A stretch of DNA of 64,000 nt from Balanoglossus misakiensis (lineage: Eukaryota; Animalia; Hemichordata): positions 682,001 through 746,000 of the forward strand of contig CM082582.2 in the NCBI GenBank assembly GCA_040954595.2, in the 5' to 3' direction. Of this stretch, positions 40,201 to 51,515 are shown piece after piece (positions within the stretch are counted from its first letter, which is position 1; each line of letters opens with the position of its first letter). The translations under genes and the position numbers were made by a program. The notes below the pieces were generated by a model. The model did not search any database. It was given only the letters and a program-made list of their open reading frames with translations, and was not told where the DNA came from.

Positions 40201-42684
40201 GAATAAAACGCAATCTTGTATTAAATCAGTTCATTCAGAGTGCATGTTTTATAATAAGCACCATTTTTACATATAATGGAAATTTCATACATCATCAGAT
40301 ATCCAAATATGAAAAAATGATTTAGATTTTAGATGATTGTCCAAAATTAGCTGATATCTAATAAATGTAGTATTGAACCGTTCTGTCCCCCCCCCCTTAC
40401 ATTATATGCGGTACGCCGATGTCAGCTTACCCGGCAGTACTGTAGGCCGTGCCCCCAACAAACGTCGGTGTTTGAAACACCCTGGTTAAATTCGGGCTCT
40501 CTCTATAAATCGACAGGCAATAATGCAGTCCTACCGGAACAAATGTCGAGTGTTGACCCGCTGCGACTTTCCCTCTTCGGTTTGCCCAACTTAGCCAACG
40601 TCTTTGTACTAGAGTGTCGGGTCTTTTGCAGAGCCAGGCCGAAGGAAATCCGACTTGATCACCGTTGCTAACGAACGCTAGTGTCTGTCATGGTGTGCCG
40701 GGGTTTTAGTCGAGCCAGGCCGTAGGAGATCTGACTTGATCATCGTGGTCAATGTACGCGTGTTTCCGCTCTAAAGTGCCGGGGCTTCAGCTAAACCAGG
40801 CCGTAGGAAATCCGACGTAATCACCGTTGATAACTTACGCCAGTCTGTGTCATATAGAGCCGGTGCACCAGCCGAATCACGCCGTAGGAAATCTGACTTG
40901 ATCAACGTGGTCAATGTACGCCTGTTTCTGCTCTAGAGTGCCGGGGCTTCAGCTGAGCCAGGCCGTAGGAAACCCGACGTGATTACCGTTGTTAACTTAC
41001 GCCAGTTTGTGTCCTATATATAGTGCCGGGGCATCAGCCGTGCCAGGCCGAAGGAAATGTGAGTAGATCAACGTAGTCTCTGTACGCGTGTTTCTGCTCT
41101 AGAGTGCCAGGGCTTTAGCCAAGCCATGCCGTAGGAAATCTGACTTGATCAACGTTGCTAACGAACGCTAGTGTCTGTCATAGTGTGCCGGGGTTTTAGT
41201 CGAGCCAAGCCGTAGGAGATCAGACTTGATCAACGTGGTCTCTGTACGCGTGTTTCTGCTCTAGAGTGCTGGGGCTTTATCCAACCCATGCCGTAGAAAA
41301 TCTGACTTGATCACCGTTGCTAACGTACGCTAGTGTCTGTCATATTGTGACGGAGATTTAGCCGAGCCAGGCCGTAGAAAAATCGACTTGTTCAACGTTA
41401 CCAGTGGGCAACTGTTTCTGCTCTAGAGTGTCAGGGTTTTAGCCGACTTATGCTGTAGGAAATCTGAGTTGATGAACGGGAATTCAATGTTAGAAAACCC
41501 GTGTGGAAAGTATCTCTACCCGTTTGAAACTAAGAAAAGAATTTATTCTTATTTATTTTGTAAAAAAGACAATTTTTCGAAAAAAAGTCGAAAAATTGCA
41601 ATTTTGTCTTGGGTGATTCAAATTATACCGCCTTTTCTGGAATTTGCAGCACTTTTTACAAGAGAACGACACTTCATGCTCCATAATATTTCCGAAAATG
41701 AAGAAAAGAGTTAATTTTTTATGATTTTTCAAAAATTTACCATTTTGTCAAAATATGGCCAAAATGGCTATTTTTTCTTAAATTCCGTCAATATCTCTGC
41801 ATTTTTGGAGTGGTCGAAAGTTTTAACATACAATCAACATGTCATATATGATCAGGGCACCAAATTCGAAGAACGAAGGTTTTTTTATTTTATTTTTCTA
41901 AAAATGACATTTTCAAGGAAAATTTGGTAAAACGCAATTTTGTCTGCAGTGAGCCAAATTAGACGGTCTTTTGTGGAATTTGTATCGATATATATATACG
42001 AAGAGCATTCTATACTCCATCAGATTTCCGAAAATGTAGAAAACAGGTATTTTTTGTAATTTTCAAAAATTTACCATTTTGACCAAATTGTGGTTAAAAT
42101 TGTTATTTTCGTGTTGAATGCCGCCAGTGTCACTGCTTTTAAAAGTCATAAAAACTTTTAACATGCAAGCAATTGCTTATATATGATCAGGCCACCGAAT
42201 TAAAAAAATAAAGAATGTTTTGCCTAAAAATGACCTTTTTGGTGCAAAAACGAATAAAACGCAATTTTGTATTAAATCAGCTCATTCAGAGTGCATTTTT
42301 TATAATCAGCACCATTTTTACATACATTGGAAATTTCATACATCATCAGATATCCAAATATGAAAAAATGATTTAGATTTTAGATGATTGTCCAAAATTA
42401 GCTGATATCTAATAAATGTAGTATTGAACCGTTCTGTCCCCCCCTACATTATATGCGGTACGCCGATGTCAGCTTACCCGGCAGTACTGCAGGCCGTGCC
42501 CCCAAATAACGTCGGTGTTTGAAACGCCCTGGTTAAATTCGGGCTTTCTCTATAAATTGACAGGCAATAATGCAGTCCTACCCGAACAAATGTCGAGTGT
42601 TGACCCGCTGTGACTTTCCCTCTTCGGTTTGCCCGACTTAGCCAACGTCTTTGTACTAATGTGTCGGGTCTTTTGCAGAGCCAG

Positions 42685-43825
42685 GCCGAAGGAAATCCGA
42701 CTTGATCACCGTTGCTAACGAACGCTAGTGTCTGTCATGGTGTGCCGGGGTTTTAGAAGAGCCAGGCCGTAGGAAATCTGACTTGATCAACGTGGTCAAT
42801 GTACGCCTGTTTTTGCTCTAGAGTGCCGGGGCTTCAGCTGATCCAGGCCGTAGGAAACCCGACGTGATTACCGTTGTTAACTTACGCCAGTCTGTGTCCT
42901 ATATATAGTGCGGGGCATCAGCCGTGCCAGGCCTAAGGAAATGTGAGTAGATCAATGTGGTCTCTGTACGCGTGTTTCTGCTCTAGAATGCCAGGGCTTT
43001 AGCCAAGCCATGCCGTAGGAAATCTGACTTGATCAACGTTGCTAACGAACGCTAGTGTCTGTCATAGTGTGCCGGGGTTTTAGTCGAGCCAAGCCGTAGG
43101 AGATCTGACTTGATCATCGTGGTCAATGTACGCGTGTTTCCGCTCTAAAGTGCCGGGGCTTGAGCTAAACCAGGCCGTAGGAAATCCGACGTAATCACCG
43201 TTGATAACTTACGCCAGTCTGTGTCATATAGAGCCGGTGCACCAGCGGAGTCACGCCGTAGGACATCTGACTTGATCAACGTGGTCAATGTACGCCTGTT
43301 TCTGTTCTAGAGTGCCGGGGCTTCAGCTGAGCCAGGCCGTAGGAAACCCGACGTGATTACCGTTGTTAACTTACGCCAGTCTGTGTCCTATATATAGTGC
43401 CGGGGCATCAGCTGTGCCAGGCCGAAGGAAATGGGAGTAGATCAACGTGGTCTCTGTACGCGTGTTTCTGCTCTAGAGTGCCAGGGCTTTAGCCAAGCCA
43501 TGCCGTAGGAAATCTGACTTGATCAACGTTGCTAACGAACGCTAGTGTCTGTCATAGTGTGCCGGGGTTTTAGTCGAGCCAAGCCGTAGGAGATCAGACT
43601 TGATCAACGTGGTCTCTGTACGCGTGCTTCTGCTCTAGAGTGCCGGGGCTTTATCCCAGCCATGCCGTAGAAAATCTGACTTGATCACCGTTGCTAACGT
43701 GCGCTAGTGTCTGTCATATTGTGACGGAGATTTAGCCGAGCCAGGCCGTAGAAAAATCGACTTGTTCAACGTTACCATTGTGCAACTGTTTCTGCTCTAG
43801 AGTGTCAGGGTTTTAGCCGACTTAT
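42685..43825 (+). repeat. Expanded 81-mer domain, 14 monomers
   Basis: 1141 bp, in a 2374 bp unit, with the same diagnostic variants as 30091-31231. Confidence 0.9.
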
Positions 43826-43853
43826 GCTGTAGGAAATCTGAGTTGATGAATGG

Positions 43854-44993
43854 GAATTCAATGTTAAAAAACCTGTGTGGAAAGTGTCTCTACCCTTTTG
43901 AAACTAAGAAAATAATTTATTCTTATTTATTTTGTAAAAATCACAATTTTTCGAAAAAAAGTCGAAAATGGTAATTTTGTCATGGGTGATTCAAATTATA
44001 CCGCCTTTTCTGGAATTTGCAGCACTTTTTACAAGAGAACGACACTTCATGCTCCATAATATTTCCGAAAATGAAGAAAAGAGTTAATTTTTTATGATTT
44101 TTTAAAAATTTACCATTTTTGTCAAAATATGGCCAAAATGGCTATTTTTTCTTGAATTCCGTCAATATCTCTGCATTTTTGGAATGGTCGAAAGTTTTAA
44201 CATACAATCAACATGTCATATATGATCAGGGCACCAAATTCGAAGAACAAAGGTTTTTTTTATTTTTTTTTCTAAAAATGACATTTTCAAGGAAAATTTG
44301 GTAAAACGCAATTTTGTCTGCAGTGAGCCAAATTGGCCGTTTTTTGTGGAATTTGTATCGATATATGTATACGAAGAGCATTCTATACTCCATCAGATTT
44401 CCGAAAATGTAGAAAACAGGTATTTTTTGTAATTTTCAAAAATTTACCATTTTGACCGAATTGTGGCTAAAATTGTTATTTTCGTGTTGAATGCCCTCAG
44501 TGTCACTGCTTTTAAAAGTCATTAAAACTTTTAACATACAAGCAATTGTTTATATATGATCAGGTCACCGAATTTGATCAACGTGGTCAATGTACGCCTG
44601 TTTCTGCTCTAGAGTGCCGGGGCTTCAGCTGAGCCAGGCCGTAGGAAACCCGACGTGATTACCGTTGTTAACTTACGCAAGTCTGTGTCCTATATATACT
44701 GCCGGGGCATCAGCCGTGCCAGGCCGAAGGAAATGTGAGTAGATCAACGTGGTTTCTGTACGCGTGTTTCTGCTCTAGACTGCCAGGGCTTTAGCCAAGC
44801 CATGCCGTAGGAAATCTGACTTGATCAACGTTGCTAACGAACGCTAGTGTCTGTCATATTGTGACGGAGATTTAGCCGAGCCAGGCCGTAGAAAAATCGA
44901 CTTGTTCAACGTTACCATTGTGCAACTGTTTCTGCTCTAGAGTGTCAGGGTTTTAGCCGACTTATGCTGTAGGAAATCTGAGTTGATGAATGG
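43854..44993 (+). repeat. Internally deleted unit of 1140 bp
   Basis: The AT domain is joined directly to a B monomer at 44571-44575 (CACCG-AATTT-GATCAACG). The poly-C tract and linker are absent, and one 162 bp dimer is also missing near 44850. Confidence 0.9.
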
Positions 44994-46200
44994 GAATTCA
45001 ATGTTAAAAAACCTGTGTGGAAAGTGTCTCTACCCTTTTGAAACTAAGAAAATAATTTATTCTTATTTATTTTGTAAAAATCACAATTTTTCGAAAAAAA
45101 GTCGAAAATGGTAATTTTGTCATGGGTGATTCAAATTATACCGCCTTTTCTGGAATTTGCAGCACTTTTTACAAGAGAACGACACTTCATGCTCCATAAT
45201 ATTTCCGAAAATGAAGAAAAGAGTTAATTTTTTATGATTTTTTAAAAATTTACCATTTTTGTCAAAATATGGCCAAAATGGCTATTTTTTCTTGAATTCC
45301 GTCAATATCTCTGCATTTTTGGAGTGGTCGAAAGTTTTAACATACAATCAACATGTCATATATGATCAGGGCACCAAATTCGAAGAACAAAGGTTTTTTT
45401 TATTTTTTTTTCTAAAAATGACATTTTCAAGGAAAATTTGGTAAAACGCAATTTTGTCTGCAGTGAGCCAAATTGGCCGTTTTTTGTGGAATTTGTATCG
45501 ATATATGTATACGAAGAGCATTCTATACTCCATCAGATTTCCGAAAATGTAGAAAACAGGTATTTTTTGTAATTTTCAAAAATTTACCATTTTGACCGAA
45601 TTGTGGCTAAAATTGTTATTTTCGTGTTGAATGCCGCCAGTGTCACTGCTTTTAAAAGTCATTAAAACTTTTAACATACAAGCAATTGTTTATATATGAT
45701 CAGGTCACCGAATTTAAAGAATAAAGAATGTTTTCCCTAAAAATGACCTTTTGGTGCAAAAACGAATAAAACGCAATTTTGTATTAAATCAGCTCATTCA
45801 GAGTGCATTTTTTAAAATCAGCACCATTTTTACATATAATGGAAATTTCATACATCATCAGATATCCAAATATGAAAAAATGATTTAGATTTTAGATGAT
45901 TGTCCAAAAGTAGCTGATATCTAATAAATATAGTATTGAACCGTTCTGTTCCCCCCCCCCTACATTAAATGCGGTACGCCGATGTCAGCTTACCCGTCAG
46001 TACTGCAGGCCGTGCCCACAACTAACGTCGGTGTTTGAAACGCCCTGGTTAAATTCGGGCTTTCTCTATAAATTGACAGGCAATAATGTAGTCCTACCGG
46101 AACAAATGTCGAGTGTTGACCCGCTGTGACTTTCCCTCTTCGGTTTGCCCGACTTAGCCAACGTCTTTGTACTAGAGTGTCGGGTGTTTTGCAGAGCCAG

Positions 46201-47336
46201 GCCGAAGGAAATCCGACTTGATCACCGTTGCTAACGAACGCTAGTGTCTGTCATGGTGTGCCGGGGTTTTAGTCGAGCCAGGCCGTAGGAGATCTGACTG
46301 GATCATCGTGGTCAATGTACGCGTGTTTCCGCTCTATAGTGCCGGGGCTTCAGCTAAACCAGGCCGTAGGAAATCCGACGTAATCACCGTTGATAACTTA
46401 CGCCAGTCTGTGTCATATAGAGCCGGTGCACCAGCCGAGTCACGCCGTAGGAATCTAATTTGATCAACGTGGTCAATGTACGCCTGTTTCTGCTCTAGAG
46501 TGCCGGGGCTTCAGCTGAGCTAGGCCGTAGGAAACCCGACGTGATTACCGTTGTTAACTTACGCCAGTCTGTGTCCTATATATAGTGCGGGGCATCAGCC
46601 GTGCCAGGCCTAAGGAAATGTGAGTAGATCAATGTGGTCTCTGTACGCGTGTTTCTGCTCTAGAATGCCAGGGCTTTAGCCAAGCCATGCCGTAGGAAAT
46701 CTGAATTGATCAACGTTGCTAACGAACGCTAGTGTCTGTCATAGTGTGCCGGGGTTTTAGTCGAGCCAAGCCGTAGGAGATCTGACTTGATCATCGTGGT
46801 CAATGTACGCCTGTTTCTGCTCTAGAGAGCCAGGGCTTCAGCTGAGCCAGGCCGTAGGAAACCCGACGTGATTACCGTTGTTAACTTACGCCAGTTTGTG
46901 TCCTATATATAGTGCCGGGGCACCAGCGGAGTCACGCCGTAGGAAATGTGAGTAGATCAACGTGGTCTCTGTACGCGTGTTTCTGCTCTAGAGTGCCAGG
47001 GCTTTAGCCAAGCCATGCCGTAGAAAATCTGACTTGATCACCTTTGCTAACGAACGCTAGTGTCTGTCATAGTGTGCCGGGGTTTTAGTCGAACCAAGCC
47101 GTAGGAGATCAGACTTGATCAACGTGGTCTCTGTACGCGTGTTTCTGCTCTGGAGTGCCGGGGCTTTATCCAAGCCATGCCGTAGAAAATCTGACTTGAT
47201 CACCGTTGCTAACCTACGCTAGTGTCTGTCATATTGTGACGGTGATTTAGCCGAGCCAGGCCGTAGAAAAATCGACTTGTTCAACGTTACCAGTGTGCAA
47301 CTGTTTCTGTTCTAGAGTGTCAGGATTTTAGCCGAC
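46201..47336 (+). repeat. Expanded 81-mer domain, 14 monomers in a different monomer order
   Basis: In a 2370 bp unit, with private variants CTGACTGGATC, GGAATCTAATTTGATC and CTGAATTGATC. Confidence 0.85.
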
Positions 47337-47817
47337 TTGTAGGAAATCTGAGTTGATGAACGGGAATTCAATGTTAGAAATCCGTGTGGAAAGTATCTCT
47401 ACCCGTTTGGAACTAAGAAAAGAATTTATTCTTATTTATTTTGTAAAAAAACAATATTTCGAAAAAAAGTCGAAAATGGTAATTTTGTCTTGGGTGATTC
47501 AAATTATACCGCCTTTTCTGGAATTTGCAGCACTTTTTACAAGAGAACGACACTTCATGCTCTATAATATTTCCGAAAATGAAGAAAAGAGTTAATTTTT
47601 TATGATTTTTTAAAAATTTACCATTTTTGTCAAAATATGGCCAAAATGGCTATTTTTTCTTGAATTCCGTCAATATCTCAGCATTTTTGGAGTGGTCGAA
47701 AGTTTTAACATACAATCAACATGTCATATATGATCAGGCACTAAATTCGAAGAACAAAGGTTTTTTATTTTTTTCTTCTAAAAATGACATTTTCAAGGAA
47801 AATTTGGTAAAACGCAA

Positions 47818-47875
47818 ATTATTGCCTGTCAATTTATAGAGAAAGCCCGAATTTAACCAGGCCCTGGCACTCTAG
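47818..47875 (-). other. Inversion junction containing two templated fragments
   Basis: 47818-47861 is the reverse complement of linker sequence CCTGGTTAAATTCGGGCTTTCTCTATAAATTGACAGGCAATAAT. 47861-47875 (GCCCTGGCACTCTAG) is the reverse complement of part of a B monomer. The continuous minus arm starts after that. Confidence 0.9.
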
Positions 47876-50212
47876 CGTACAGAGACCACGTTGATCAAGT
47901 CTGATCTCCTACGGCTTGGTTCGACTAAAACCCCGGCACACTATGACAGACACTAGCGTTCGTTAGCAACGGTGATCAAGTCAGATTTTCTACGGCATGG
48001 CTTGGCTAAAGCCCTGGCACTCTAGAGCAGAAACACGCGTACAGAGACCACGTTGATCTACTCACATTTCCTTCGGCCTGGCACGGCTGATGCCCCGGCA
48101 CTATATATAGGACACAAACTGGCGTAAGTTAACAACGGTAATCACGTCGGGTTTCCTACGGCCTGGCTCAGCTGAAGCCCCGGCTCTCTAGAGCAGAAAC
48201 AGGCGTACATTGACCACGTTGATCAAATCAGATTCCTACGGCGTGACTCCGCTGGTGCACCGGCTCTATATGACACAGACTGGCGTAAGTTATCAACGGT
48301 GATTACGTCGGATTTCCTACGGCCTGGTTTAGCTCAAGCCCCGGCACTTTAGAGCGGAAACACGCGTACATTGACCACGATGATCAAGTCAGATCTCCTA
48401 TGGCTTGGCTCGACTAAAACCCCGGCACACTATGACAGACACTAGCGTTCGTTAGCAACGTTGATCAATTCAGATTTCCTACGGCATGGCTTGGCTAAAG
48501 CCCTGGCATTCTAGAGCAGAAACATGCGTACAGAGACCACATTGATCTACTCACATTTCCTTAGGCCTGGCACGGCTGATGCCCCGCACTATATATAGGA
48601 CACAGACTGGCGTAAGTTAACAACGGTAATCACGTCGGGTTTCCTACGGCCTGGCTCAGCTGAAGCCCCGGCACTCTAGAGCAGAAACAGGCGTACATTG
48701 ACCACGTTGATCAAATTAGATTCCTACGGCGTGACTCGGCTGGTGCACCGGCTCTATATGACACAGACTGGCGTAAGTTATCAACGGTGATTACGTCGGA
48801 TTTCCTACGGCCTGGTTTAGCTGAAGCCCCGGCACTTTAGAGCGGAAACACGCGTACATTGACCACGATGATCCAGTCAGATCTCCTACGGCCTGGCTCG
48901 ACTAAAACCCCGGCACACCATGACAGACACTAGCGTTCGTTAGCAACGGTGATCAAGTCGGATTTCCTTCGGCCTGGCTCTGCAAAACACCCGACACTCT
49001 AGTACAAAGACGTTGGCTAAGTCGGGCAAACCGAAGAGGGAAAGTCACAGCGGGTCAACACTCGACATTTGTAATGGTAGGACTACATTATTGCCTGTCA
49101 ATTTATAGAGAAAGCCCGAATTTAACCAGGGCGTTTCAAACACCGACGTTAGTTGTGGGCACGGCCTGCAGTACTGACGTGTAAGCTGACATCGGCGTAC
49201 CGCATTTAATGTAGGGGGGGGGGGGAACAGAACGGTTCAATACTATATTTATTAGATATCAGCTACTTTTGGACAATCATCTAAAATCTAAATCATTTTT
49301 TCATATTTGGATATCTGATGATGTATGAAATTTCCATTATATGTAAAAATGGTGCTGATTTTTAAAAATGCACTCTGAATGAGCTGATTTAATACGAAAT
49401 TGCGTTTTATTCGTTTTTGCACCAAAAAGGTCATTTTTAGGGAAAACATTCTTTATTCTTTAAATTCGGTGGCCTGATCATATATAAACAATTGCTTGTA
49501 TGTTAAAAGTTTTAATGACTTTTAAAAGCAGTGACACTGGCGGCATTCAACACGAAAATAACAATTTTAGCCACAATTCGGTCAAAATGGTAAATTTTTG
49601 AAAATTACAAAAAATACCTGTTTTCTACATTTTCGGAAATCTGATGGAGTATAGAATGCTCTTCGTATACATATATCGATACAAATTCCACAAAAAAACG
49701 GCCAATTTGGCTCACTGCAGACAAAATTGCGTTTTACCAAATTTTCCTTGAAAATGTCATTTTTAGAAAAAAAAATAAAAAAAACCTTTGTTCTTCGAAT
49801 TTGGTGCCCTGATCATATATGACATGTTGATTGTATGTTAAAACTTTCGACCACTCCAAAAATGCAGAGATATTGACGGAATTCAAGAAAAAATAGCCAT
49901 TTTGGCCATATTTTGACAAAAATGGTAAATTTTTAAAAAATCATAAAAAATTAACTCTTTTCTTCATTTTCGGAAATATTATGGAGCATGAAGTGTCGTT
50001 CTCTTGTAAAAAGTGCTGCAAATTCCAGAAAAGGCGGTATAATTTGAATCACCCATGACAAAATTACCATTTTCGACTTTTTTTCGAAAAATTGTGATTT
50101 TTACAAAATAAATAAGAATAAATTATTTTCTTAGTTTCAAAAGGGTAGAGACACTTTCCACACAGGTTTTTTAACATTGAATTCCCATTCATCAACTCAG
50201 ATTTCCTACAGC

Positions 50213-51515
50213 ATAAGTCGGCTAAAACCCTGACACTCTAGAGCAGAAACAGTTGCACACTGGTAACGTTGAACAAGTAGATTTTTCTACGGCCTGGCTC
50301 GGCTAAATCTCCGTCACAATATGACAGACACTAGCGTTCGTTAGCAACGTTGATCAAGTCAGATTTTCTACGGCATGGCTGGGATAAAGCCCCGGCACTC
50401 TAGAGCAGAAACACGCGTACAGAGACAACGTTGATCAAGTCTGATCTCCTACGGCTTGGCTCGACTAAAACCCCGGCACACTATGACAGACACTAGCGTT
50501 CGTTAGCAACGTTGATCAAGTCAGATTTCCTACGGCATGGCTTGGCTAAAGCCCTGGCACTCTAGAGCAGAAACACGCGTACAGAGACCACGTTGATCTA
50601 CTCCCATTTCCTTCGGCCTGGCACAGCTGATGCCCCGGCACTATATATAGGACACAGACTGGCGTAAGTTAACAACGGTAATCACGTCGGGTTTCCTACG
50701 GCCTGGCTCAGCTGAAGCCCCGGCACTCTAGAACAGAAACAGGCGTACATTGACCACGTTGATCAAGTCAGATGTCCTACGGCGTGACTCCGCTGGTGCA
50801 CCGGCTCTATATGACACAGACTGGCGTAAGTTATCAACGGTGATTACGTCGGATTTCCTACGGCCTGGTTTAGCTCAAGCCCCGGCACTTTAGAGCGGAA
50901 ACACGCGTACATTGACCACGATGATCAAGTCAGATCTCCTACGGCTTGGCTCGACTAAAACCCCGGCACACTATGACAGACACTAGCGTTCGTTAGCAAC
51001 GTTGATCAAGTCAGATTTCCTACGGCATGGCTTGGCTAAAGCCCTGGCATTCTAGAGCAGAAACACGCGTACAGAGACCACATTGATCTACTCACATTTC
51101 CTTAGGCCTGGCACGGCTGATGCCCCGCACTATATATAGGACACAGACTAGCGTAAGTTAACAACGGTAATCACGTCGGGTTTCCTACGGCCTGGATCAG
51201 CTGAAGCCCCGGCACTCTAGAGCAGAAACAGGCGTACATTGACCACGTTGATCAAGTCAGATTTCCTACGGCGTGATTCGGCTGGTGCACCGGCTCTATA
51301 TGACACAGACTGGCGTAAGTTATCAACGGTGATTACGACGGATTTCCTACGGCATGGTTTAGCTGAAGCCCCGGCACTTTAGAGCGGAAACACGCGTACA
51401 TTGACCACGATGATCAAGTCAGATCTCCTACGGCCTGGCTCGACTAAAACCCCGGCACACCATGACAGACACTAGCGTTCGTTAGCAACGGTGATCAAGT
51501 CGGATTTCCTTCGGC
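50213..51515 (-). repeat. Expanded 81-mer domain, 16 monomers (about +490 bp)
   Basis: 1303 bp = 14x81 + 85 + 84; anchor spacing 50179 to 52718 is 2539 bp. Confidence 0.88.

Larger units (their letters stand above)
1..47817 (+). repeat. Tandem macrosatellite array, ~2.05 kb composite unit, forward arm (24 unit starts)
   Basis: Anchor GGGAATTCAATGTTA recurs with GAATTC at 181, 2233, 4275, 6325, 8373, 10422, 12474, 14527, 16578, 18630, 20682, 22727, 24780, 26832, 28879, 31260, 33313, 35331, 37380, 39430, 41480, 43854, 44994 and 47364. Modal spacing is 2045-2053 bp and copies differ mostly by scattered substitutions. Confidence 0.98.

Noticed and set aside
47811-47890. Inversion as a chimeric-read or assembly artefact
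   Set aside because: The arms differ by many substitutions and by monomer number, and the junction has templated inserts. Considered unlikely, but not excluded without reads.
48655-48705. Second hammerhead-like pattern in B monomers (CTGAAGC...GAAACAGGCGTA)
   Set aside because: The core reads CUGAAGC rather than CUGANGA, and no stem I can form.
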